The notes: generated from the letters alone by a model not told the origin. DNA of 63,391 nt, filler included, from Octopus bimaculoides (GCF_001194135.2; 6 parts of 4 records of this genome joined end to end with filler, not necessarily neighbours in it), one strand, 5' to 3'; shown: positions 1 to 11,506, numbered from the whole stretch's first letter. Numbers and translations: made by a program.

Positions 1-905
1 ATTTCTACCATCAGTGACCTTGTGCTGTGTCCTAATCAGCAGTGTTCTCCTCAACTCAATTGAACCTACTGTGATCGGAAATGTGAAGCGACCGACGCGA
101 CATGGAGCCAGCTAGACTTCTGCTCTGTGGACGTCCATCCCTCTCTCCTCAAAAGAACAAATGGGACATCATCCAGGGCAGCATGATCTTGGACGGGCTG
201 ATACATTGACTTGGCCAGCGCCGTCTAGTATGTTTTTGCTCGGCCTCCCAACCCCCAAAGCGGTGCCTGGATCAATGCAGTGTCATCACTCTCGACTGTC
301 ACTCAGCTTCATAGCGACTGACTTCCCATCGGTGTTTCCCTGGGACTTGGCCTCCAGATCTGTGAGCCTCGCAAATGCCGTTGTGGATCCACTGTGGATT
401 CTTTCGGCCATTATAGAGCTGGCCATCTTCCTTACCATGCGACTCTCAATGACTCCATAAAGCATGACCTAGATGCCACAGGCTTCCATTCCGAGCTCGA
501 GCCAATGGGGCTAGACCGAGGGGATGGTAAAGGCCAGACAGCATGACAATCTTCCCGTTCCAAGGTTGTAGGCCGTCATCTAGGGTGTCACATGTTGTGA
601 CACCTTCTCCAGTGTCAACCTTGTGTATTCAGCTGCCAGCCCAAGCTTCACTGCTCGTAAGGTTGAGAACGGCAAACTGGCAACGTATCGGCCGCTCTCT
701 AACAGATTTGTGGTCGAGCCTCTGGCAGTGGAGGCTTCAGGCGTTCTCGGTCCCCGGGTCACATCCCTGCTCACTGCTATCGGGACGGAGATGGTTATCC
801 CCAAGTGCGAACCCCGTGAATCAGTGTAGCTGTTCCAGCGCATCTCCCTCACTATCCTCGGGGGCAAAGCCTTTTCCATTTTGTCCGCTGGGCCACGCGG
901 CGGAC
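1..905 (+). mobile_element. 3' part of a degraded CRE-clade non-LTR retrotransposon (zinc knuckle + restriction-like endonuclease)
   Basis: Stitching frames gives LPIGVSLGLGLQICEPRKCRCGSTVDSFGH...HATLNDSIKH...ELEPMGLDRGDGK(R)PDSMTIFPF...FVVEPLAVEASGVLGP...RESV*LFQRISLTILGGKAFSI, matching the CRE-type CCHC plus PD..D/E..K REL C-terminus. Has frameshifts and a stop at 827-829. Confidence 0.8.
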
Positions 906-1551
906 TGACAAGCTTTTTGAGATTTACTTACTTATTAGTTCATCTATTCCTACCCTTAAATGCAGCTGATACAAAAATTCATTTGTCTGCGATTTTTAGA
1001 CTGAATTTTTCCATGCCATTCTGAGTTTCATATATCAAGAAAGTCAATTTCTCTACAAGTGATAAACAATATATTAAATCAACTTGAAAATGGGAAGTAA
1101 ATGGTTCAGCAGAAACTACGAAACTGTCTGATGTAATTGAAGCAACCGTTAGATCAATTGAAAGATACAAATAAAAAGTCAGGGCCAATATATCTCTGGA
1201 TGTTTAAGAACTTTAAAACACACATCATACAAACGTAGTAACATTATTTAAACAATGGAAAAAGTTTTGATATTTTGGATAGAAGATAAAACAATATTAT
1301 AACAGCGCGCGCGCGCGTGCTTACATGCAAACGAGCGCACTACTGTTGCGATGAGCTGAAGGCGTACGCAACACCATATTGGTAGAGTGTAAAATATTTA
1401 TTGGAATTCCAAAGATAACTGTTCCAGCACCAACAGTCACGACAATCATTTAATTCTCAGAATTGAGCTGAGATAGCTTCGGAAACATTAATGATTCATG
1501 AATTGAGCAAGATCAACAGCAACAATTAGTATTTATTATAACCACACTGAA

Positions 1552-1783
1552 GGCGGCGAGCTGGTAGAAGCGTTAGCACACCGGGCGAAATGCTTAGCGG
1601 TATTTCGTCTGCCGCTACGTTCTGAGTTCAAATTCCACCGAGGTCGACTTTGCCTTTCGTCCTTTCGGCGTCGATTAAATAAGTACTAGTTACGCACTGG
1701 GTCGATATAATCGACTTAATCCGTTTGTCTGTCCTTGTTTGTCCCCTCTGTATGTAGCCCCGTCTGGGCAGTAAAGAAATAAG
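1552..1783 (+). mobile_element. tRNA-derived SINE, family A (full length)
   Basis: A-box-like and B-box-like (GAGTTCAAATTCC) head; body shared with copies at 24346, 24819, 38836, 55498 and 62545. Confidence 0.85.
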
Positions 1784-1977
1784 AATCGTTACTACATCGG
1801 ACAAATTGCTTTTCTTTCATACTTTACATTGTGAGTTCAAATGTCGCCGAAGTTGGCCGTGCTTTCATACTTTCAGGGTCAATGAAATAAATACCAGTTG
1901 AGTACTGGTGTTGAGGTAATTGACTGCCCCCACTCCCAAAAAATTTCAGTTTGTGTGCCTATCGCAGAATGGGTTTT
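1784..1977 (+). mobile_element. Diverged short-form family A SINE
   Basis: GAGTTCAAATGTCGCC...CTTTCAGGGTCAATGAAATAAATACCAGTTGAGTACTGG, similar to the family A body. Confidence 0.65.
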
Positions 1978-2499
1978 AACAGCCCTAAAAATATGAGAGC
2001 GAGCTGACTTGCGTAGAATTTGACTCAAAACGCAAAGGGGCGTAGCTAAATGCCGCAAATATCACTAAATTCCATACTACTGCACTGATAATATCATGAA
2101 TTAAACGTTACTAAAGAATGAAAACATGGTAAACTCTCTCTATGTCTCAATAACTGTTCAAAATTCTATTGGCTCTATACATGGGCATTCGTATACAGAA
2201 GTCACTTTGTTATGAGCGCGGCGAATACACTGCGTCCGAATAAATACATTAGATCGCAGTTCTGAGCTAATGTATGTTAATGTATGTGTGTGTTCTTGCA
2301 TAAATACATAAACACATACAAACAGATCAGGGATTTCCAGAGTGGTCGAAATCGACCCCTGAGGGTCGATGGGGTTATTCAAGGAGTCGATAAATGCACG
2401 TTTACTTATTATTATTATTTACTTATTTTCTTGTACAAGCCTGGTGGGGTCGATGAGGGGTCAAGGATTCCATGAAGGAGTCGATGGTCAAAAATATTT

Positions 2500-2591
2500 G
2501 GGGGCCCCCGAAATAGATAGATAGATACATACATACATACATCCACATACAAAAATATAAATATATATGCGTATAAATATATAAATAATAC

Positions 2592-2625
<34 letters not shown>

Positions 2626-2692
2626 GTGGACAGACAGATGGACGGACAGAGGGACGTATTTGTACATGTATTTATGCATGGATTCTTGCATG

Positions 2693-2732
<40 letters not shown>

Positions 2733-2965
2733 CATACATATATCTAAATGTATATGCGTAAATATATATAAATACATATATATATACACATATATATACA
2801 TGCATATACATACATACATGCATACATACATATGTATGTGTATATACATACATGTGTATGTATGTGTATGTATGCATGTATCTATATGTATGTGTAGATG
2901 TATGTATCTATATATGTATATATTCATGTATGCATGTATATATATGTATGTAGGTATATATGTAT
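2500..2965. repeat. Compound microsatellite (TATG/TA/TG)n
   Basis: Direct inspection; the YIYI/HTHT ORFs here are artefacts of the repeat. Confidence 0.95.
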
Positions 2966-3480
2966 GTTCAGGATGTGCCTCAGCCATCTCTGCTGAGAGC
3001 GTTCGACGGCCATACATGCACGGTACACAGCGACTTTTGTTCGCCATGTGGTGCCATGTTGAGGCCAGACACAAAACTCAAGAGCCTTGAAGGAATCGGT
3101 TGCTGTCTGAATTCTTAAAGATATTTCATTATCCAAGGAGCAAGAACGGCTGAGAGTGCTACCAAGGTAGACAAACTTGTCTAACACTTTCAATACTTTT
3201 CCTTCGATTACTCTGTGGAAAGTAGTTTTCTGTTCATCGAGACTGATCTGAATAAGTGCCTAGAATGGCAAATCATCCATCTCTCAAGTGCAAACGCAGA
3301 GTCTTCAAACGGTAATTTATAGGGAAAAGAAGCTTTACCAACTTCTTGGGGATAGCAGATCGAACTTCAAAATCAACGCCAACCTCCCTGTGCCCCTTCT
3401 TCGGTTTCGCTTTCTTCCGACCTTCTTAAGCTGACCATCACCTTCCAAACGAATCTCTGAAAGAGCGGCTATATCTGTTA
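2965..3480 (-). mobile_element. RTE-clade LINE fragment (RT C-terminal region)
   Basis: ORF 2924-3193 reads VLDKFVYLGSTLSRSCSLDNEISLRIQTATDSF...RTKVAVYRAC...QQRWLRHILNI, the typical RTE YLGS..RI..A..TK..VY motif. Confidence 0.85.
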
Positions 3481-4213
3481 TATCGGTTCAGTTCACGAGC
3501 AACAAGTGCAGTACGTCTTCAAGCCTAGATTCACTTTTATTATCTCACAGGATATGTACAATCTAACGTGAGATATTCATATTCCATCCAGATTTTGTAA
3601 ATACTGTTTCTTTTCTTTTGCGGTCGCACTAAACTGACCAGATACAGAGAAATAAAAACAATTTTTAGTTCACCTTTTCTAGAATCTCCTTGGTCTCTTC
3701 CCAAATGGAGCTGCTCAGACACCCAGGTAGCAACCGAATCTGAGCATTGTCTTGGGTGATAAGGAGACGACTAACACGAGCTGCTTACGTGTAGATCGCT
3801 AACTACGTGCTTCCAAAACCTCAGGTCTGCATGTTTCCTCTTCACCGCTGGACTTTCGAATAAAAAAAAATGTAAAGTTAGAAAAGTGTAAAATTAAAAA
3901 TTAAAGCAAAAATGCCCATGCAAAATGTCAGCAATTCCTATACAAGATTTTACTATCAATAATGTTTGCACAACATCTTATAGCCCTTCTCTCTCTACTG
4001 ACATGATCCAGAGAAGAGCCGAAGCAAGATATCAAATACTAATGTGGATGTAAGGTTAGGAGTGTAAGAGCGCCATGATCTCAAGCGCAGACGAAATATT
4101 TCCAAAATCTCCAATGTCATTCCGTGCATATCTGGTTTTATATCAAAGTCACTTTCTAGAGACATGCTTTAACAAAATTTGAGTGCCTCACTCCGAATGG
4201 TTCCGGCACGAGA

Positions 4214-4966
4214 ACTTTTTTCCCACGAGAGTTCCGGACCCCAATAACATACTCATTTGCATACAGCCAATCAGAGCTCGCCTTCACCGTGTCAAGTTAA
4301 CAAATGTTGGCATTCAAAATGGCGACTTCCGATTTACAGATGCTTACATTTTTTTATATTTTCCGTGAATTTTTCACGGGTCCAGCTAGTTATAATAAAT
4401 AGATCTATGATTTACTAATAATAAGTGAAATTTTTTAGTACTCACACATTTTCGTGACTATTTTTTTTCCTTTTTTTTTATCTTTTTTTTTGTGTCTTTT
4501 TTTATCTTTTTTTATCTTTTTTTTTTATTTTTTATTTTTTGGATCTTTCTTGTTTGGTTGCCAGCGTCAATTTTCTGTTCGAATTTTATAGGCTAATTAA
4601 TGAAGTGAAAATAATTGTCGCTATAAATCAAGAGTTATTAGTAATTGAAGTTTGAAAATTTTGGTAACTTTAGTCAATCGTAAGCCACAGACACATTCAG
4701 ATTTTTCTCTTTTAAATTAACATAAACGTTTATTTATACAAAAGAAATTTACTGCAGAATTTTCGTGCTAAAAATACCAGCTAAATAAGATTTATTTACA
4801 TGAAAGAAAATTACCGGAGACAACACGTATTGTCTACAAATATTGACGACATGTGCTAGACGGAGAAGTTGCTGACTAGAAAAGAAGGGATAAAGTGGCT
4901 CTGCTCTGATTGGCTGTATGCAAATGAGTTCATTACTGAGGTCCGGAACTCTCGTGGGGAAAAAAA
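4214..4966. mobile_element. Non-autonomous repeat with ~65-bp inverted repeats containing octamer + CCAAT motifs
   Basis: 4214-4276 is the reverse complement of 4902-4966; a third copy lies at about 18220-18380. Termini and TSD not resolved. Confidence 0.55.
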
Positions 4967-5721
4967 TTTCGCTTCTGGCACGCTGGGTACCAGCCTGGAA
5001 TTTCTGAGTGCCCGTGCTAGTGCTAGATAATCATTGAACCTATAATTGGTTCGTCCGTCCTTTTGACTTGTCTTGTTTTTGCCCTGTTTGATTTCTAGCG
5101 ACCATCTTCGTCAGGTTAACCTGGTGGGGATGCAGGTTGTACTGGATTCCATGTTACCTGTAGGAATCATACATACATACATACATACATACATACATAC
5201 ATACATGCATACATGCATGCATGCATGCACACACATGTATATGCAATTCTGGGATGAGTGCATGATCAGTAGGAATGTATGTGAGTATTTGATATATATG
5301 TAAATATATTATACAAAATTATTCGAAGGGTATCTTACTGTAATGTAGTTAAACCAGCACCGGATTTCGATATGGTGAGACCCTAAGCTATATAAAGCTT
5401 GAAGATCCCTTGTTAAAAATTACTCCAGAAAGTAACTAAAAACATATCTTCTTTTTAATTAGTTTGCGACCCCTGCGGATTGTGAGGCCCTAAACTATAT
5501 GTAACTTGTTTAGCTGATGCTTAAATTCGGTACTCTAATACCGCAATGAAGGTGTAAGTGGATTGCTTTCAATCCGGTGTCTATAAAAGTGTGTTACTCT
5601 ATAACATCTAAATGTGAACTCGAAGTATATAAATATATGTAATAACATGTAATAACATGAAAGAATAGCATGGTTTATTAATCTTTTGTTTATAAGAAAT
5701 TGTTTATCTATTATTGAGATT

Positions 5722-5746
5722 ATTTCTTTTTCTTTTTCTTTTACAG
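5722..5746 (+). other. Splice acceptor upstream of the HS3ST coding exon
   Basis: Long polypyrimidine tract ...TTTCTTTTTCTTTTTCTTTTACAG ending at 5746, 59 nt before the ATG at 5806. Confidence 0.7.
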
Positions 5747-5805
5747 TAAGTTTACCGAGCCTCCTGGACAGTTTTTATTGCTTCTTTTCTGACTCGCTGG
5801 TCATC

Positions 5806-6816
5806 ATGTTGCCAGCTAAATGTTTACGACTGGTACCGCTACAACGACGAAATCTCATCCCAACGTTATTGTTCTGTGCAATTAGTGGAAGTGTTCTGTA
5901 TTTGAACTCTTACTTAACTTTCTCTACTTTGTTCAGCGGCGACAAAATCTACAGAAGTGGTCGCTGGTGGGTGGACAAGATTCCGTCGTCTTTATATTCG
6001 TTCAAAAATCACTCTTCCTCGATTCACACTGAACATCCACGTGTACGTCACTTCCCGCACTGTCTTGTGATTGGTGCTTCGAAGGCGGGCACCAGAGCAG
6101 TGCTAGAGTTCGTTAATATGCATCCACATGTGGTAAGACCAACAAATGAAGTTCATTTCTTTGATAAAAGTCACAATTACAAAAAAGGGTACAGATGGTA
6201 TTTGCACCAAATGCCAGAATCACTTCCACATCAAATTACAGTTGAAAAGACAGCCATGTACTATGCAGTGACGGATGTACCTTCCAGGGTGCATCAAATG
6301 AACAGCTCTATAAGACTTATACTTGTCGTTAGGGAACCATTTAGTCGGGCTTTATCAGATTACCTCCACATGCGAATTTCCTATAACAATCGTGGTTTGA
6401 AATACGAGAGCTTTGAAAATATGGCTGTTGATGAAAAGACGGGCAATTTAGACCTCGACTTTTATGCAATCCAGCGTTCCCAATATCATCATCATTTATG
6501 GCGCTGGATGGAGTATTTTCCATTATCACAAATACACATTACAGATGGCGACATACTAAGGACAGAACCTTGGACCGAAATGCAAAAAATTCAGACCTTC
6601 CTTGGACTCCAGGAGTTTTACAATAGCAGCCTTTTCTACTTTGAGAAATCCAGGAAGTTTTATTGTATTAACAGAGAAACAATTGCATGCTTACATAAAT
6701 CCAAAGGAAGAAAGCATCCTACCGTTGATAAGACTGTAGTCGAAAAGCTTCGTGCTTATTTCAGAAAAGAAAACGAAAAGTTTTTCAATTTAACTGGACG
6801 AAGATTTCCATGGTAA
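5806..6816 (+). CDS. HS3ST: Heparan sulfate glucosamine 3-O-sulfotransferase (HS3ST1/5-like), single coding exon, ~336 aa
   Basis: N-terminal hydrophobic anchor (LIPTLLFCAISGSVLYL); 5'-PSB motif VIGASKAGTRAVL; EVHFFD; VEKT; 3'-PSB motif LVVREPFSRALSDY; CLHKSKGRKHP; C-terminal FFNLTGRRFPW. The ATG at 5806 is in frame with track ORF 5686-6816. Paralog number cannot be assigned. Confidence 0.93.
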   Translation: MLPAKCLRLVPLQRRNLIPTLLFCAISGSVLYLNSYLTFSTLFSGDKIYRSGRWWVDKIPSSLYSFKNHSSSIHTEHPRVRHFPHCLVIGASKAGTRAVLEFVNMHPHVVRPTNEVHFFDKSHNYKKGYRWYLHQMPESLPHQITVEKTAMYYAVTDVPSRVHQMNSSIRLILVVREPFSRALSDYLHMRISYNNRGLKYESFENMAVDEKTGNLDLDFYAIQRSQYHHHLWRWMEYFPLSQIHITDGDILRTEPWTEMQKIQTFLGLQEFYNSSLFYFEKSRKFYCINRETIACLHKSKGRKHPTVDKTVVEKLRAYFRKENEKFFNLTGRRFPW

Positions 6817-6971
6817 ACTGTGCAAACGCTTTATAAAACAGAGCAGATGCGATAAAACGTTGTAAGGTATCTATCTACCTTATATAATATATTAAATTTG
6901 CTTACTTTTAAAGGTACGTATACACACATATTTACATGCATGTGTGTGTATGTGTGTGTGTACATAAATAC

Positions 6972-7026
<55 letters not shown>

Positions 7027-7289
7027 NNNNNNNNNNNNNNNNNNNNNNNNNNNNNNNNNNNNNNNNNNNNNNNNNNNNNNNNNNNNNNNNNNNNNNNNNN
7101 NNNNNNNNNNNNNNNNNNNNNNNNNNNNNNNNNNNNNNNNNNNNNNNNNNNNNNNNNNNNNNNNNNNNNNNNNNNNNNNNNNNNNNNNNNNNNNNNNNNN
7201 NNNNNNNNNNNNNNNNNNNNNNNNNNNNNNNNNNNNNNNNNNNNNNNNNNNNNNNNNNNNNNNNNNNNNNNNNNNNNNNNNNNNNNNAT

Positions 7290-7521
7290 ATAAAGTAGTT
7301 GTATACTGCCAACTTAACGTAACAGTCCCAATAAGGGAATATACTACTGCTATTTAGCCCTAGGAAGCTGGACCGCTTCCTATTAGGCCTTGCCACATTT
7401 CCTGTGTCCTTATCTTTGCGAGGGGGAGACAAACTCCTCCACCCAGCTTAGGGCTAAATAGCAGTAGTATATTCCCTTATTGGGACTGTTACGTTAAGTT
7501 GGCAGTATACAACTACTTTAT
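7290..7521. repeat. Perfect 73-bp inverted repeat with ~86-bp spacer
   Basis: 7290-7362 is the exact reverse complement of 7449-7521. Confidence 0.95.
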
Positions 7522-7626
7522 CGCATCACTACTGCTTAAGTATCTCTGAGAGATTTAGAAATTTATTATTTCTAATATATATATATATATATATACTGTA
7601 AATGCTTCATACTACATGCTTTATAT

Positions 7627-7670
7627 GTGCTACTAATAGTTTCACGTACATAAGTACGTTCATCAGGAGC
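7627..7670 (-). ncRNA. Minimal type I hammerhead ribozyme motif (intact core, decayed stem I)
   Basis: gctc-CUGAUGA-acguac(uuau)guacgu-GAAA-C(uauua)G-UA/gcac. Confidence 0.6.
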
Positions 7671-7706
7671 TGACTGAACCTGCTTATCAATCAGGTGTAT
7701 CAATCA

Positions 7707-7750
7707 GCGCCTGTTGAACGTACTTATGTGCGTGAAACTATTAGTAGCGC
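7707..7750 (+). ncRNA. Minimal type I hammerhead ribozyme motif (A6U core, intact stem I)
   Basis: gcgc-CUGUUGA-acguac(uuau)gugcgu-GAAA-C(uauua)G-UA/gcgc. Confidence 0.55.
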
Positions 7751-9589
7751 AAATAATGCATGTAATGTGAAGCATATATAATTATATTAGACTCTCATTA
7801 GATGGAGTACTCTTCTTATTGATTTTTACACAAATTAATTCCGTGGGGGGGGTGCGTGCGTGTGTGTGCGTGTGTGTGTGTGTGTGTGTGTATGTGTGCG
7901 TGTGAGCATATAATTCAAATTTACTAAAAACAAAAACCGAAGAGAGGTGAGGAAACAACAAGCAGATTTGTTAGTTTGGCGCTGGGGAAGAATGGAAAAG
8001 TCTTTGATGTTTCGAGCCTACGTTGTGCTCGTCAAAAATGAGAGGGTTTATTTGTACCACCTTTCAGCTATTCTTAATAGCTTGCTTTAAGTGTTGCCCA
8101 TCTCTGTCTTGTTTCATGTTATCTTGCAATAAATATTAAGTATTATTGCTTTTACTTCCATTCAATCTCCTTCATAATTCTCACTCACTCACATACTTCG
8201 TTATTTCTTCTTCTCCTGGCTATCTTTTCCCTTTTTCTCCTCTCAATCAAAATTTTCGTCCCTTTTCTTCATTTTCCAACGTCTCACCCACTTCCGTAAC
8301 ATACACGAACTTTCCCAGTTCTCTCTCCTTTTTCTTTCTTTCTCTCTACTTCTCTCTTTTTCTCTTTTTATCTCTATAATTCCCTCTATCATTCGCTCAT
8401 TCTTTATGCATCCGTTATTTTATCACATGACCCTTTCTAATTCCCCCTTTCTCTATTACACAACTTTATCTTTTTACCTTTCATCACACCTGCCTTATTC
8501 GCACAAATTCTTCTCCTCTCGGCCTTTATATTTTTCATCCTTCTATATTTAGCAGACTTTTGACATACCACTATATCTAACAAGCTGCGTTATATATATA
8601 TATATATNNNNNNNNNNNNNNNNNNNNNNNNNNNNNNNNNNNNNNNNNNNNNNNNNNNNNNNNNNNNNNNNNNNNNNNNNNNNNNNNNNNNNNNNNNNAT
8701 AGGAAAATGAAAAAAAGCCAGAATGCTGAACTGGAAGCATAATTTAATAAAGATTTTTTCTAACCGGTTTTCATTGCGATGAAGCAAATTATCAAGAAGA
8801 AGGAGAATGAAAATGTTTTTTTACAAAGAAGTACAAAAAAGTACAAAATGAAGAAAATAATATATAAAACAATAATATATAAAAAAATAATAAATATACC
8901 CATACATTATATTGTCTTTGAGCTTTTGTAGTTCAATAGTAGTTCATGTATAAATTGGTAGGAAAAATAAGGATGCATGAGAGTTGAGAGTTTTGTTAGG
9001 TTTAAAAAAAAGGGTTAAAAGTTTGTGTTAAGCAGGAAATATACATATATATTATGGTTTTTATGTGTCTTTATATGCATGCTTGTATTATGTATAATGT
9101 ACTATGTATGTGTTTGTGCGTGCATGTGTGTGTGTGTGTAGGAAGTTTGTAAGCTTTGAGCAGTCCGTAGTAGGTATAAAAAACAACGTTCAGGAACAAT
9201 AATAATTCATTGGCGTCGAATGTTATAGGCTTTTCCCATATCGAAGTTCGATAAGTCAAAATTTTTTTTTTTTATATTGCTCACGGTTAGCAACTTAAAT
9301 TGCTATGAAAGCGAGTGAAAATCTACATTGAGGAAGTGGAGCAGCTAAAGTTTATGTCACATATGTTTCCTAGCTAACAGATGCTCTGATGTAACAATTA
9401 CGCAACGGGGAATTCTCAGCTAGCAACTCATAAGGCCGGAGATACCTTAATTATACGAAGGTTACATTGTCGTTAAGAAATCCCAAGTTGAGTAATCCTC
9501 GTTGAGTAATTATTACATCAGAGGATCTGCTAGCTAGGAGATATACGTAGCCTGAACATTACCTGCTCTAATTCCTTAATTTGTATTTG

Positions 9590-9647
<58 letters not shown>

Positions 9648-9789
9648 TGCATGCATGCATACAAACATACATACATACATACAATTATGCATACATATAC
9701 ATACATACATGCACGCATATATACATACATACATACATACATGCATACATACATACATACAGCAAGATCGATATCATTTAATAAACACG

Positions 9790-10955
9790 GGATTCAAATG
9801 TGAACTACCATAAATTTCATGTTCCGATAGTACTGTGATGGGGTCAGTTTTTATGGTGTATTGTGTACTATCTTGCAATCTTTCAGGTTCAAAATAAACA
9901 TGGCTGCTATCTTTTAACATGCGAGAAAGACCAAGAAAAAGGAAAAAAAATGAGAAAAGGGAATAAAGAAACTTTAAAACGAAAAGCTTCGTGAGAAGGG
10001 GGATAAGTGTTATGTCCTTTAGGTCCGTCAATTCAAATGGGAATTGCAATGGTCGGTAGGGTTGTTTCGGCAGGAAAAGGTTAAAGTTTGTGAGTCTGTG
10101 TGTCTAACCTGGAGAGGGTAGCTCATAGTTGAAATTTGTCGAGATGCTTGCATTTTTTGAAAATTTCCAATCTCGAGTTCAATAGGTAGATGGAGTTCTT
10201 AAATATAAAAAGGATTGCTATCAGGCTTTCCTTTCCCACTAAACTTATTGTTATAAAAATGTTACTCCAAGAACCCAGATACTTGCTTCCTCGACCAGGC
10301 ATGCATGGTTAGCTCAACTGTATACGAAGCCGAAGTCTCCTCAGTTCTACAAATCAACGAAACTGAAAAGAAATAGATATATTGGGCTACTTGAAAATGA
10401 CGTTTAAAAAAAGATATGCCAACCACAAGTCTGCATTCCGGCACGTAGACAAGAAAACTACTAGGCTACCTTGGTACATCCAGGACCTGAAGGCCAAAAG
10501 TACTTCACACTCTGTACGTTAATGGATCAAGGAGATGCAAGCTTCGTATAGCTAAAGAACTCCTATCCATTTTAAATCTAAGAACTCCACCGACCAACTT
10601 CAAGATCGGAAATTTTCAAAATCTGCATGCATCATGACAAGTTTCTACTATTGAACTGGAAAACTCTAGCTTCTCCAGATTAGGGATACATTCTTACAAA
10701 CCTTAACCTTTTCTTGTCGAATTAACCCCACCCACCATTGTAAATTCCTATTCTGACACAACTCTTTTCTCCCTTCCCTGCAAGCTTTTCCTTTTCTTGC
10801 TTCTTGTTTCTCGTTCCTTCTCGCTTTTTCTCTTAGAGCATTCATATTAACATTGAACCTGAAAGATTGCACGATAGTACACGGCACACTCTACAAGCTC
10901 TCCCATTACTGTACCATTGGAGCATGAAACTTATAGTAGCTCACGTTTAAATTCA
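9790..10955 (+). mobile_element. Penelope-like element: GIY-YIG remnant between inverted ~400-bp terminal segments
   Basis: 10257-10560 reads CYSKNPDTCFLDQACMVSSTVYEAEV...RYIGL...FKKRYANHKSAFRH...YIQDLK with frameshifts. 9790-10215 is a diverged inverted copy of 10565-10955. Confidence 0.8.
9801..9891 (-). ncRNA. Hammerhead-like motif with long stem II (partner copy at 10854-10943, +)
   Basis: ugaac-CUGAAAGA-...gauaguac/guacuauc...-GAAA-U(uuaug)G-UA/guuca. 5-bp stem I, 8-bp helix within stem II, one extra A in the core. Confidence 0.45.
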
Positions 10956-10970
10956 AGTGTATATCAAATA

Positions 10971-11063
<93 letters not shown>

Positions 11064-11199
11064 TGTATGTATGTATGCATGCATGTATGTATGTATGTAT
11101 GTATGTATGTATGTATGCACGCATGTACGTATGTCTGTATGCATGCATGCATGTATGTATGTATGTATGTATGTATATTCTCCTTCCAATTCGACATGT

Positions 11200-11400
11200 A
11201 AAATCGTTAAGCCAGGCACGTTGTTTTCTCTCTCCGTTTTTTGTTTTGATTTTTTTTTTCTTTCTTTTTCTCAATCCTTTCTGTTGAAGAGCGTTAGCTT
11301 GAGGCGTCAGACTTTTCCATTTTTCCTGAGCGTCTAACTAATAGACCTTGTTTGTTGTTCCCTCAACTGTTTCTGTCATCTGGTTTTTTTAATTCATTTA
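11200..11400 (+). mobile_element. PLE-type terminal repeat, family F (degenerate)
   Basis: CCTTTCTGTTGAAGAGCGTTAGCTTGAGGCGTCAGACTTTTCC, homologous to 36685 and 62189. Confidence 0.55.
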
Positions 11401-11470
11401 AACCCACACACACACACACATATGTATGTTTGTATGAATACACACACACATACATAAACATACATACATG

Positions 11471-11506
<36 letters not shown>

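Larger units (their letters stand above)
7602..7775. repeat. ~72-bp imperfect inverted repeat, each arm carrying a hammerhead-like motif
   Basis: 7602-7673 vs 7704-7775, about 9 mismatches, 30-nt spacer. Confidence 0.9.

Noticed and set aside
1040-1200. Second Helitron helicase relic (NG...LSDVIEATV)
   Set aside because: Similarity is limited to about 10 residues; insufficient without a search.
2415-3090. Long ORFs rich in YIYI/HTHT/VCVC here and throughout the window, and all X-containing ORFs
   Set aside because: Translations of microsatellites and N gaps.
5741-5752. Recursive splice site (CAG overlapping GTAAGT)
   Set aside because: Only one G is shared (CAGTAAGT); a recursive site needs AG|GT, so no donor is regenerated after splicing.
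5686-5805. N-terminal extension of the HS3ST ORF from the TTG at 5686
   Set aside because: It spans a polypyrimidine tract and the acceptor at 5746; the ATG at 5806 gives a normal type II membrane topology.
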